A stretch of DNA of 64,000 bases from Squalus acanthias (taxonomy: Eukaryota): positions 89,776,001-89,840,000 of the forward strand of contig CM059425.1 in the NCBI GenBank assembly GCA_030390025.1, given 5' to 3'. Below, piece by piece: positions 24,885-35,302 of the stretch (positions within the stretch are counted from its first letter, which is position 1; every line of letters begins with the position of its first letter). The notes beneath the pieces are model-generated. The model was not told where the DNA came from. It saw only the letters and a list, made by a program, of their open reading frames with translations, and searched no databases. Both the position numbers and the translations under genes were made by a program.

Positions 24885-25205
24885 GTATAGAGTAGATACA
24901 GACAAACTATTTTCTCTGGCGGGGGAATCTTAAAATTAGAGATAGGCCATTTAGGAGTGAAATCAGGAAGCACTTTTTCCATAGAAAAGTTAGTGGAAAT
25001 TTGGAACTCTCTCCCTCAAAAGGTTGTGGATGCCGGTAAAATTGGAGCTTTCAAGAGGGAGATAGATAGAATTTTGTTAGGTTTCAAGGGATATGGAACA
25101 AAAGCGACAAAATGGATTTGAGGTGCAGATCAGCCATGAACTAATTGAATGGCGCAGCAGGCGTGAGGGGCTGAATGGCCTCCTCCTGTTCCTTGTTACT
25201 ATGTT
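24885..25205 (+). mobile_element. CR1 LINE 3' end
   Basis: aggagtgaaatcaggaagcactttttc...gaatggcctcctcctgttcc CR1 3' motifs. Confidence 0.8.
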
Positions 25206-25871
25206 TGGAGATCGCACAAAGGGCAGCGGGCTCGTTGTTTGGGACACTTCTCACCATTGTCCTAAACTCAGCTCAGCACCAACATTTCCAAATCACTCCC
25301 TGAGCTCAGACTCAATAGAGGAGTTTCCTTCGTGCGAGCTCTCGGTTTGGTTCAGGTCAGCCTATACCAGCTGGTTTTGATGTGTGAAGTCCAAGTACAG
25401 GTCAGCTCTGCCTGAGGTTCCCACTTCAGCCGTCACCTGCACACGGAATCGGAGTTCAAACCAGAGTCCCAGGAGGTAGGTAGATAAATGGGACCTGTTA
25501 AAAGTGGCATTGACCTGGGAACCTGAGCAGACCATGTTTAGTGCAGGGGGATTCTAGCCCTAGTTACAGGGTGACTATCAGCAGGTTATAGGATTACTAC
25601 TAGTTACAGGTAGAATACCAGGACGTTACATCCACTACTACCAGTTACATATTGACCATCAGTAAGTTATTGTATTACTGTTGTTATGAGGGGAATCTGA
25701 GTGTTATCAGTATTACAATTGGTGCAATTTCAGTGAGTTACTATTAGTTACTGGTGAAATCAAAGTTCCTCCCACCTCTGGTATCCTATCTGCAAATCGT
25801 GCCCCCACCTTGGGTCTCCCGTCTTCCTCCGCCTACTCACGGGTGGCCTCCTGATTCTCAGACCTTCTCAC

Positions 25872-27412
25872 ACAACAACAACTTGTATTTATATAGAGCT
25901 TTTAACATAGTAAAACGTCCCAAAGTGCTTTACATGAGCGTTATCAAATAAAATTTGACACTGAGCCACATAAGGAGATATTAGGGCAGGAAGCGGTCGG
26001 TTGTTTTAAGGAGCGTCTTTAAGGAGGAAAGAAAGGTAGATAAGTGGAGAGCTTAGGGCCCAGGCAGCTGAAGGCACGGCCGCCAATGGTGGGGTGATTA
26101 AAATCGGGGATGCGCAAGAGGCCAGAATTGGAGGAGCGCAGAGGGTTATAGGGCTGGAGGAGGTTCTTCTCTTAGGCAGCCCCTCGGAACCGAGGATGAC
26201 TTGCTTCCACACTAAAAATGAGTTCTCAGGTGACTGATGAGTCCAATGTGAGACCTATAGTCTCTGTCACAGGTAGGGGCAGACGGTGGCTGAAGGGGCG
26301 GGTGGGTTGGGTGCTTGTGCTAACGTGCGCTCCTTGCGCTGCCTGTGCTTGGCTTCCGCTTGCTCCCGGCGAAGAGATCCGAGGTGTTCGGCGCCTTCCC
26401 AGATGCTTCTCCTCCACTTTGTGCAGTCTTGGGCCAGGGATTCCCAGGTGTCGGTGGGGATGTTGCACTTTTTCAAGGAGGCTTTGAGGGTGTCCTTGAA
26501 GCGTTTCCTCTGCCCACCTGGGACTCTTGCGTGTCGGAGCTCCGAGTAGAGCGCTTGTTTTGGGAGTCTTGTATCGGGCATGCGGACGATGTGGCCCGTC
26601 CATCGGAGCTGGTCGAGCGTAGTCAAAGCTTCGATGCTGGGGATGTTGGCCTGAGCGAGAACACTGTCGTTGGTGCACCTATCCTGCCAATGGATTTGCA
26701 GGATCTTGTGGAGGCAGCATTGGTGGTACCTCTCCAGCGCTTTGAGGTGCCTGCTGTACATGGTCCATGTCTCTGAAGCATACAGGAGGGCGGGTATCAC
26801 TGCTGCTCTGTAGACCATGAGCTTGGTGCTGGGTTTGAGATCCTGGAAGCAGACACCGCGGGACACACTCACTGGAAGGAGACACACTATAAGGAGGTCG
26901 GGACCCAGGAGCGAGGACGGGACCCAGGGACGAGGACGGGACCCAGGGGCGAGATTGAGGCTCAGGAGCGAGATTGAGACCCAGGAGCAAGGACGGGGCC
27001 CATGAGCGAGGTCGAGGCCCATGAGCGAGGTTGGGACCCAGGGGTGAGGACGAGGCCCAGGAGCGAGGACGAGCCCAGCAGCGAGGTCGAGGCCCAGGAG
27101 TGGCGCAGCGTGGACCAGCAGCGAGGTCGGGAGGACCACACTGCAGCCTATGAAACCCAGGCAGAGAGGACTGCGGGAAGGAGGGAGGAGGACAGTAGGA
27201 GTATATTTGTGTGTGTGTGTAGAGGAGGTTACAGGGATAGGGAGGGGGCAAGGCCATGGAGGGATTTGAAAACAAGGATGAGAATTTTAAAATCGAGGTG
27301 TTGCTTAACCGGGAGCCAATGTAGGTCAGCGAGCACAGGGGTGAATGGGACTTGGTGTGAGTTGGGACACCGGTGGTAGAGTTTTGGATGAGCTCAAGTT
27401 TATGGAGGGTTT
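25872..27412 (-). mobile_element. L2 LINE 3' fragment (25872-26165 + 27222-27412) split by an RTE-containing insertion
   Basis: (caa)n tail and L2 3' motifs; GAGGAGGTT duplicated at 26157-26165 and 27222-27230. Confidence 0.8.
26166..27221 (-). mobile_element. RTE/BovB-clade LINE 3' end joined to a GC-rich tandem-repeat leader
   Basis: TKLMVYRAAVIPALLYASETW...QLRWTGHIVRMPDTRLPKQALYSEL...GGQRKRFKDTLK; degenerate ~18-19-bp repeats at 26895-27135. Confidence 0.85.
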
Positions 27413-27648
27413 TACAACAGCTGCTGGCGCGAAACCACGAGCAAAGATACTCAACTACAGGGAACCCAACCTTCATTAGGTAAATGCAATAACATTTGAG
27501 GTCAAATCTCCAGGAATGGTTCCCACCAGAGTTGGCGGCCCTGCTACCAGACATTAGTGGAGGTTTGGATTTCCCCAAGCACTGATGTCTTTTCCCCCTC
27601 CAATACAAGTGAATGAATGTTGGCTCCTCTGCTCAAGTTACAAAGTGG

Positions 27649-27956
27649 TCATGATGCGGAGATGCCGGTGTTGGACTGGGGTGGACAAAATTGAGAGGTC
27701 GCACAACACCAGGTTATAGTCCAACAGTTTTATTTGAAATCACAAGCTTTCGGAACTATCGCTCCTTCCTCAGGTGAAGTAAATTGGATACAGAATCGTC
27801 AGAGCATATATAGATGGAAAAAAAAGCATGTGTACATATATGCTCTGACGATTCTGTATCCAATTTACTTCACCTGAGGAAGGAGCGATAGTTCCGAAAG
27901 CTTGTGATTTCAAATAAAACTGTTGGACTATAACCTGGTGTTGTGCGACCTCTCAA
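27649..27956. mobile_element. Second truncated Penelope terminal-repeat palindrome (121-bp arms, 24-nt spacer) plus tail
   Basis: Arms 27691-27811 and 27836-27956; CTCAAGTTACAAAG duplicated at 27632-27645 and 27952-27965. Confidence 0.85.
27874..27899 (+). ncRNA. Minimal type-I hammerhead ribozyme-like core (mirror copy on - strand)
   Basis: CUGAGGA-A-GGAGC(GAUA)GUUCC-GAAA followed by GCU-U-GUGA; upstream UCAC can pair with GUGA. Confidence 0.6.
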
Positions 27957-28089
27957 GTTACAAAGCCCATGTCACCACACTATGGGCTGTACAAGCAGGG
28001 CCATTCCTCAGTTATCAGCTTTTGGGGGGGGCTCCAGCTTGGCAATCCCTGGAGTGGGACGATGATCCTGCAGCCTCTGAGCTGAGCCA

Positions 28090-28273
28090 GGCCGCTGGAG
28101 GCCGCTAGCCCCTCACTGGGGCCGGGCCGGGGACCCCGGGCTCCATGGCAACGCGGCGGCCGGAAGTGACGCCTGGCCCGGGCCGGGCCCAGCTCTCTTT
28201 GTGTCCGGGTGCTGTGTCGCTGGAAGTTCGCTGAGCTGTTGTTGGATTTCCCCGCGGCCTCTCTTATTGCGCG
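28090..28273 (+). promoter_or_regulatory. IVD CpG-island promoter / 5' UTR with an RFX-type half site (CCATGGCAAC, 28143-28152) and an ETS/GABP site (CCGGAAGTG, 28160-28168)
   Basis: Sharp rise in GC and CpG immediately before the ATG; motifs read directly. Confidence 0.7.
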
Positions 28274-28441
28274 ATGGCCGCTCTCCGTGCGCTTTGCGGG
28301 CCTACACTGACACTTGCCCGGCAGCAGGCGTCCGCTCGGCTGCAGCCCGGCTTCCGTACGCTCTGCCCCGGTCACAGGCACATGAGCGGTCTGCTTTCCA
28401 TCGACGATGTGGTGAACGGGCTGACCGAGGAGCAGAGACAG
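28274..28441 (+). CDS. IVD: Isovaleryl-CoA dehydrogenase exon 1 (mitochondrial targeting peptide ... IDDVVNGLTEEQRQ)
   Basis: Arg/Ala/Leu-rich leader; matches human DDAINGLSEEQRQ; donor CAG|GTAATC. Confidence 0.93.
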
Positions 28442-29178
28442 GTAATCTCCTGCTAACTAGAGACAGGTAATCTCCTGCTAACTAGAGACAGGTAATCTCC
28501 TGCTAACCAGAGACAGGTAATCTCCTGCTAACCTAGAGACAGGTAATCTCCTGCTAACTAGAGACAGGTAATCTCCTGCTAACTAGAGACAGGTAATCTC
28601 CTGCTAACTAGAGACAGGTAATCTCCTGCTAACCAGAGACATTTAATCTCCTGCTAACCAGAGACAGGTAATCTCCTGCTAACCAGAGACAGGTAATCTC
28701 CTGCTAACCAGAGACAGGTAACCGTCTGCTAACCAGAGACAGGTAACCGTCTGCTAACCAGAGACAGGTAACCGTCTGCTAACCAGAGACAGGTAACCGT
28801 CTGCTAACCAGAGACAGGTAACCGTCTGCTAACCAGAGACAGGTAACCGTCTGCTAACCAGAGACAGGTAACCGTCTGCTAACCAGAGACAGGTAACCGT
28901 CTGCTAACCAGAGACAGGTAACCGTCTGCTAACCAGAGACAGGTAACCGTCTGCTAACCAGAGACAGGTAACCGTCTGCTAACCAGAGACAGGTAACCGT
29001 CTGCTAACCAGAGACAGGTAACCGTCTGCTAACCAGAGACAGGTAACCGTCTGCTAACCAGAGACAGGTAACCGTCTGCTAACCAGAGACAGGTAACCGT
29101 CTGCTAACCAGAGACAGGTAACCGTCTGCTAACCAGAGACAGGTAACCGTCTGCTAACCAGAGACAGGTAACCAGAGA
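28435..29178. repeat. 25-bp minisatellite, ~29 copies, containing the exon-1 donor (AGAGACAGGTAATCTCCTGCTAACY then AGAGACAGGTAACCGTCTGCTAACC)
   Basis: Period 25 read directly; first unit overlaps the exon 1 / intron 1 junction. Confidence 0.95.
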
Positions 29179-29189
29179 TAAGCAACCAG

Positions 29190-29852
29190 AAATACAAACA
29201 GAAAATACTGGAAAACACTCAGCAGGTCAGCAGCATCTGTGGAGAGAGAAAGAGCTAATGCTTCAGGTCGATGATCTTTCATCAGAACTGGAAAAAGTTA
29301 GAGATATATAACAGGTTTTAAGCAGGGGCAGGAACGGGGGGAGGGGAGGAAGGAACAAAAGGGAAGGTCTGTGATAGGATGGAAGGCAGGAGAGATTAAA
29401 ATACAAAAGGGATGATGGTGCAAGGCAAAAGGAGATGGTAATGGGACAAGTTAAGAAACAAAAGATGGGCCTAGAGGAGGAGTAAATGGGAATAGCAGAA
29501 TCATTACCAACAGCTGCTGTCTGGGGGAAAAATGGGAGCGGTGGTTATGATCTGAAATTGTTGAACTCAATGTTGAGCCTGGAAGGCTGTAAAGAGCCTA
29601 ATCGAAAGATGAGGTGCTGTTCCCTTGAGCTTCATTAGAATAGTGTAGGAGGCCGAGGTCAGAGTGGGATGGAGAATTAAAATAACAAGCGACCGGGGAG
29701 CTCGGTCACGCTTGCAGACTGAACGGAGGTGTTCTGTAAAGCGATCACCCAATCTACATTTGATCTCGCCAATGTAGAGGAGACCACATCGTGAGCAGCG
29801 AATACAGTATACTAAATTGAAAGAAGTAGAAGTAAATCGCTGTTTCACCTGA
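29190..29852 (-). mobile_element. Penelope-like element of a second family: GIY-YIG fragment plus terminal repeat with degenerate hammerhead motif
   Basis: FTSTSFNLVYCIRCSRCGLLYIGEIKCRLGDRFTEHLRSV; minus-strand CUGAUGA-A-AGAUC(AUC)GACCU-GAAG at 29261-29285. Confidence 0.8.
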
Positions 29853-29917
29853 AAACACTTTGACTGTGATGCCCATTCACAGCCAAATCGCTTCCTAGCT
29901 AGTCTCACGTGTGATAA

Positions 29918-30950
29918 GAACATAAGAAATAGGAGCAGGAATAGGCCACTTGGCCCCTCGAGCCTGCTCCGCCATTCAGTAAGATCATGGCTGATCTTGG
30001 GCTCAAAGCCACTTCCCTGCCTGCTCCCCATAACCCTTCACTCCCTTATCTTGCAAAAATCTGTCTATCTCCACCGTAAACGTATTTAATGACCCAGCCT
30101 CCACGGCTCTCTGGGGCAGAGAATTCCACAGATTTACGACCCTCTCATCTCAGTTCTAAAAGGGCGACCCTTTATTCTAAAACTGTGCCCCCGTGTTCTA
30201 AATTTCCTCGCGAGGGGAAACATCCTCTCTGCATCTACCTTGTCGTGCCCCCTCAGTATCTTATATACTGTTTCAATAAGATCGCCCCTCATTCTTCTAA
30301 ATTCCAATGAGTATAGGCCCAGCCTGCTCAACCTTTCCTCAAGTCAACCCCCTCATCTCTGGAATTAACTTAGTGAATCGTCTCTGAACTGCCTCTAATG
30401 CAAGTATATCCTTCCTTAAATAAGGAGACCAAAACTGTACGCAGTACTCAAGGTGTGGTCTCACCAATACCCTGTACAGTTGTAGCAGGACTTCCCTGCT
30501 TTTATACTCCAACCCCTTTGAAATAAAGGCCAACATTCCATTTGCCTTTTTGATTACTTGCTGTACCTGCATGCTAACTTTTTGTGTTTCATGCACTAGG
30601 ACCCCCAGGTCCCTCTGAACTGTAGCATTTTGTAATCTCTCTCCATTTAAATAATAATTTGCTTTTTTATTTTTCCTGCCAAAGTGGATAACCTCGTACT
30701 TTCCCACATTATACTCCATCTGCCAAATGTTTGCCCACTCACTTAGCCTGTCTGTATCCCTTTGCAGGTTCTTTGAGTCCTCTGCACATACTTGCTTTCC
30801 CACCCATCTTTGTACCATCCGCAAACTTGGCTACATTACACTCGGTCCCTTCATCCAAGTCATTAATGTAGATTGTAAATAGTTGAGGCCCCAGCACCGA
30901 TCCCTGTGGCACCCCACTAGTTACTGTTTGCCAACCGGAAAATGACCCAT
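29918..30950 (-). mobile_element. CR1 LINE RT 3' fragment
   Basis: ORFs 30339-30824 and 30134-30331 with CR1 RT motifs and 3' UTR. Confidence 0.9.
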
Positions 30951-31845
30951 GATGAATGGTTATTTGAGTGACTTGCTGGTGCCTAGGAAGCTGTACTGAG
31001 CAACGAGTCCCTATCTTCTCAGCACGTGTAATAAATGAATGATAGCTAACTATCCAGGAGTGGAGCTGGAGGAGGAATTGTGAAGTGGAATCCTGTTGTC
31101 TGTACTAGGTTATGATTGATTTTAAATGATCATGGTCTCCCTCATCGGTCTAGTTAATACCCTGAACCATACAGTCCAGAAGAGCTGTAAGATCAATTCC
31201 AAGACTATACAGCTGGGGTGGCTGTATGGGTGCCATAATTCCCAAGTTAGGGGATAAACAGACAGGATTCTTGCTCCTGTTTGTTTTCAGTTCCTCTTGT
31301 TGGAAGCCATGAGTGGGCTTGACTGTGAGGCCCATTCACAGTCACACAGCTTCCTACCTAGTCTCACGTGCAATAAATTGTTATTTGAGTGACTTGCTGG
31401 TGCCCAGGGAGCTTTACCCAGCAAGGAGTCCCTGTCTTGGCGTGTGCACCCTCTGGTTTACACGGGAAAATGACACGGGTTACTGAGAGGAGCCAGGTCC
31501 TGCTGGGAGTGCAACGCCTGACATTCGGGACGTTTTTAAAAGGCGTTACCAACGATTGAGAGTGGCGCTGGTGAGGTTTGTGTTCTTGGATAGGTGACGT
31601 GAACCACCCCAGAATGTATGTAACAGGGCTGATCATGTGAGGTACACGATAAGATACGAGCTTGCCAAACTAAGGACTTGGGTTGTGTGCGGAGTGCACG
31701 ATATTGATAACCACCGAATGTGAAGCGCATATTCCAACTTCTATAAAATCTTTATTACATTTGTATTTTTTTTTTAAGGAGGGTGAGAATTGGAAAAAAT
31801 ACAGTTGCAATTCATTATAATCATACATTATCATGTTTTGATTGG

Positions 31846-32030
31846 TAATCCTAGTGAGGTAGTTGATCGGGAGAGCTGAGTGATAAGCCTGGACTCCAGG
31901 GTGAGAGAGGTTGTGTAAGTAAAGGCTTTGATTCACAATCTGAAGTCTGCAGGTTGTTTTTCATTGGTTAGGGGTGTGTTGCTGTTTCCAGTTTGCCATT
32001 GGCTGGCTGTGGTGAGCTGACCTATGAACT
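31846..32030 (+). repeat. ~185-bp direct repeat, copy 1 (copy 2 at 32619-32804)
   Basis: gtaatcctagtgagg...gagctgacctatgaact occurs twice, diverged. Confidence 0.85.
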
Positions 32031-33431
32031 GTCTTGAATGTCAGGACGCCCTCTGCTCTAGTGTAACTGAACATGGAGGAGTGCTCATAGCTCCTGCTTT
32101 TATATTTTATTCATCTTGATTAATATTGTAGGGTGGAAAAAAAACCTGTTTGTTTAAAGGGCTATTATATATAACTTTAAAAAGAGCTTGTTTTTGTGAA
32201 GCGAGTGCTCTGTGATTTAATTTTTTTCCCCTCATCCAGTTGAGTCCTGCGCTCCCCTCCAGCCCCGCCTCCCACCAAACCCATGCACAAAATCTCAATT
32301 CTGGTCTTGCTCCAGGCCTCCACGACTAGTGCTGTGAAAGGTCCTGTCAGGGACTGTACACGAATGGCCTTCAACGACTCACTGTGACTTTCCCCAATGT
32401 CCCTCTGCTCCCCATGGAGAGGCACCTGGCCTCCACTTGGAGTCCCCCTGTCGCAGCACGGCTCCGATTGGGTCCACGGCAGAGCCAACTTGGGAACCGC
32501 ACGTGAAAACCTACATCCCGTCAGCCCACGTGCCTCCACTGTGTGCTGCCTTTGGAATCACCTTTTTAAAACTGGAGAGGCACAAGCACACAATGAGGAG
32601 GGCACAGTGCCAGGACTAGTAATCCTAGTGAGGTGGTTGATTGGGAGAGCTGAGTGATCAGCCTGGACTGGACAGTGAGAGAGGTTGTCTAAGTCAAGGC
32701 GCTGCTTTACATTCTGGAGCCTGCAGGTTTGTTTTCATTGGTTAGGGGCGTGTTGCTGTTTCCAGGCTGCCATTGGCTGGCTGTGGTGAGCTGACCTATG
32801 AACTTTTGTCCACAATGCTGCCATTTTAAGATTACCTTTTGTGTGGAAACAGACTCTGTACCTGTCACAGTTTTCTAATGCAGTTTTCTTAATTTCATCC
32901 CCCCCTCCTCTCCTTCGGTTCCCTATTAAATGAAAGTTCCTTAGCTGCCCTCTGGTTCCCTCCCCAAGTGGCCATTCCTCATGTATTGGCAGACACAAAA
33001 CCTGAGCTAGAGTCCGTAACAGGTTGACGTAATACAGACCCATTTGAAGGAGTGGTCTTTTCTTGTCCATGCTTTATGTTCTCGTCTCGGTCTGGACAGA
33101 GTAGGAATGAGCAAGTGACAGTACATTGTCCTTTCCTTCACTGATTAACTCAGTGGGGTAGATTTGTCATCCTGCCCACCTGGGCATTAAGAATCCTGTG
33201 GGCTGAGTTCAGAAAGGAAAATCTGACGGACAATATTGCACGCCCCTTACAGAGTCTGCTGGATTTCTCTTCCTTTCACTTCAGTGCGATTCTCCCAGCC
33301 AGATTTCCCCCTCTGCACTCCGCACAAACAATAAAGATGAAACTCTACCCCAGTGTCTTATGTTTTCTAAGTAACCTTTAAAACTCCAGAATTGACTCCA
33401 TTGTTTTTGCTTTTCCTTCTTTGCTAATTAG

Positions 33432-33521
33432 CTTCGGCAGATGGTTCAAAAATTCTGCCAGGATCACCTCACTCCCAAAGCCCAGGATATCGACCAGAAG
33501 AATGATTTCCCAGAGTTGAAG
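33432..33521 (+). CDS. IVD: IVD exon 2 (LRQMVQKFCQDHLTPKAQDIDQKNDFPELK)
   Basis: TAG acceptor, GTAAAT donor, 90 nt, phase 0/0. Confidence 0.93.
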
Positions 33522-33639
33522 GTAAATGCGCAATGTGGCGTGTAGCTCATGTCCTTGTGTATTAATCACTCCCTTACATCTGAGAGTTTAAAACTAGACA
33601 TTAATATAACCTCCGAATATATATCAGTGCTTCTCTTGA

Positions 33640-35300
33640 TTGAGAAGAACCAGAAGTTACAAAAGAGGTTAAAGTTGGCTTGGAATGCTTCAGACTTCAC
33701 TCTTTCCAACTCTACGCCTACATCTTGGATTGTTTATTTCTATGGTCTGTTGTGTAGTGGTAAAACAAAATCCTGCCACATCTAGATGTTTCAGTCTGAA
33801 GCATCCTGAGCTGACTCTACCTCTGATAGTAACCTCTATAAATTCAGTGTTACAGCTGCTTGACAACTTTATTGAAGAGAAGTGTCAACGATTGTCTCCG
33901 TGCCTCTCCAGCACCCACTTCTGCTGATCCTTTGATGCAGCTGTTTCACTTTCCGCTCCTCTTCGATCCCGATACAGTTCTTATCGCTCTTAAACTAAAT
34001 GCTGACCCTTTTTGGTTAACCTTTTTTTCCCCCCCCTCCCACTCTAGTATTGGTAAAGAACCTCCTTTCATTGTTCCATATTGTTTGATCATTTTGATCA
34101 ACATCGAGTTTTAGCTGCACTTGGCCTCTCTGATAAAACTTCTGGTCTCACAGTGTCCCTCCCATTGTCCTCAAGATGTGGCTCCTAACTTACCCTGTCC
34201 AAAGTTGTCGCAATCTCAGTCCACCCTTCCTTATTGAAAATTTGTATTTGCTAAGAAAGTGAAATGCTTTTGCTTTTTAATGTTCTATTCCATTGCCCTT
34301 GCATTGTTACTTTCTAAAGTTATGAAAACTACTGTTGACTCTGAAATTGTCCATCATTTTAAAAGTTCTGGCCTACTCGGTGATTGCTGATGTGGTTTTT
34401 GGCATGGCCATTTCACTTGTAATGTATCTGTGGAACTGTTCTCTTGAACACTTTCATGAATCATCTGTCATTGCCTTTGATGTTTCCAAAGCCTTTAACA
34501 GCTTTGGTAGCAAGAGCTTCTAAACAAGTTATCATATGGCCTAAGGTCATTGCAATCTAACTTCCTATGAAATTGCTGAAATTAATAGCTCATCCTTTGA
34601 CTCCTTTTCCATTAATTCAGTGGTTCTCCAGGGCGCTGTGTTCTCCTGCTCTGTTCCTTCCTATCATTAACCTCCTGGTCTCATCTTCCAACTCTATCCA
34701 CGCTGTTGCTGATGATTGTATTCTACATTCATCAGCTTCCTTCAGACTACAGGCCTTCAGCGCTCAAGATCCTCTGCTCTTGCAGTGCAATGTCTGAATC
34801 CCTATGTCTTCTATATCCCTCAATTCTTCAGACAGTATCCTTGTATTACTTCCAAGTCTAACCAATTGCTACCATCTCTTATCTTTGGCTCAACCCTTCT
34901 TCGTCTGTTTATATCTTGGCCTCGTTGTCTCCTCTGAGCTGAAATGGAACACACACTTCCTCCATTGCTGAAGCCGATTCCCAAGAAATTTGAGTTCCTC
35001 CTTCATGCCAAACACTTGTTTTCCCCTCAAAAGCTCACCCAAGGTGCAAATACTGCTCCTGTATCTGGGTAGACTCTTCTGTCACTCCTAGACAGGATAC
35101 TAGAAAAGATTGGTCGTCATATACACAATCCCGCTCTCTTTTCTACCTTGTAATCTCTATCCATTACAATCTTTCATGTCTTTCTCGATTTTACTCATAC
35201 ATTACTATGGCCACTGGTTCTCTGAACTTCTCCTTTCTAAGGTCCAAATATGCCATCCAACATTTTCTTCCTCCTTTCTGTATCCTCACTGTGTTGAAAT
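33640..35300 (+). mobile_element. Ancient degraded non-LTR retrotransposon RT (clade uncertain)
   Basis: Remnants VIAFDVSKAF, NSIHAVADDCILH, HYYGH across frames with many stops. Confidence 0.55.
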
Positions 35301-35302
35301 CT

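Noticed and set aside
26679-27608. 309-aa minus-strand ORF
   Set aside because: Crosses L2, tandem-repeat and RTE pieces, changing frame relative to each; a chance fusion.
27980-28470. Overlapping ORFs on both strands at the IVD promoter
   Set aside because: Expected in a GC-rich CpG island; only the 28274 frame matches IVD.
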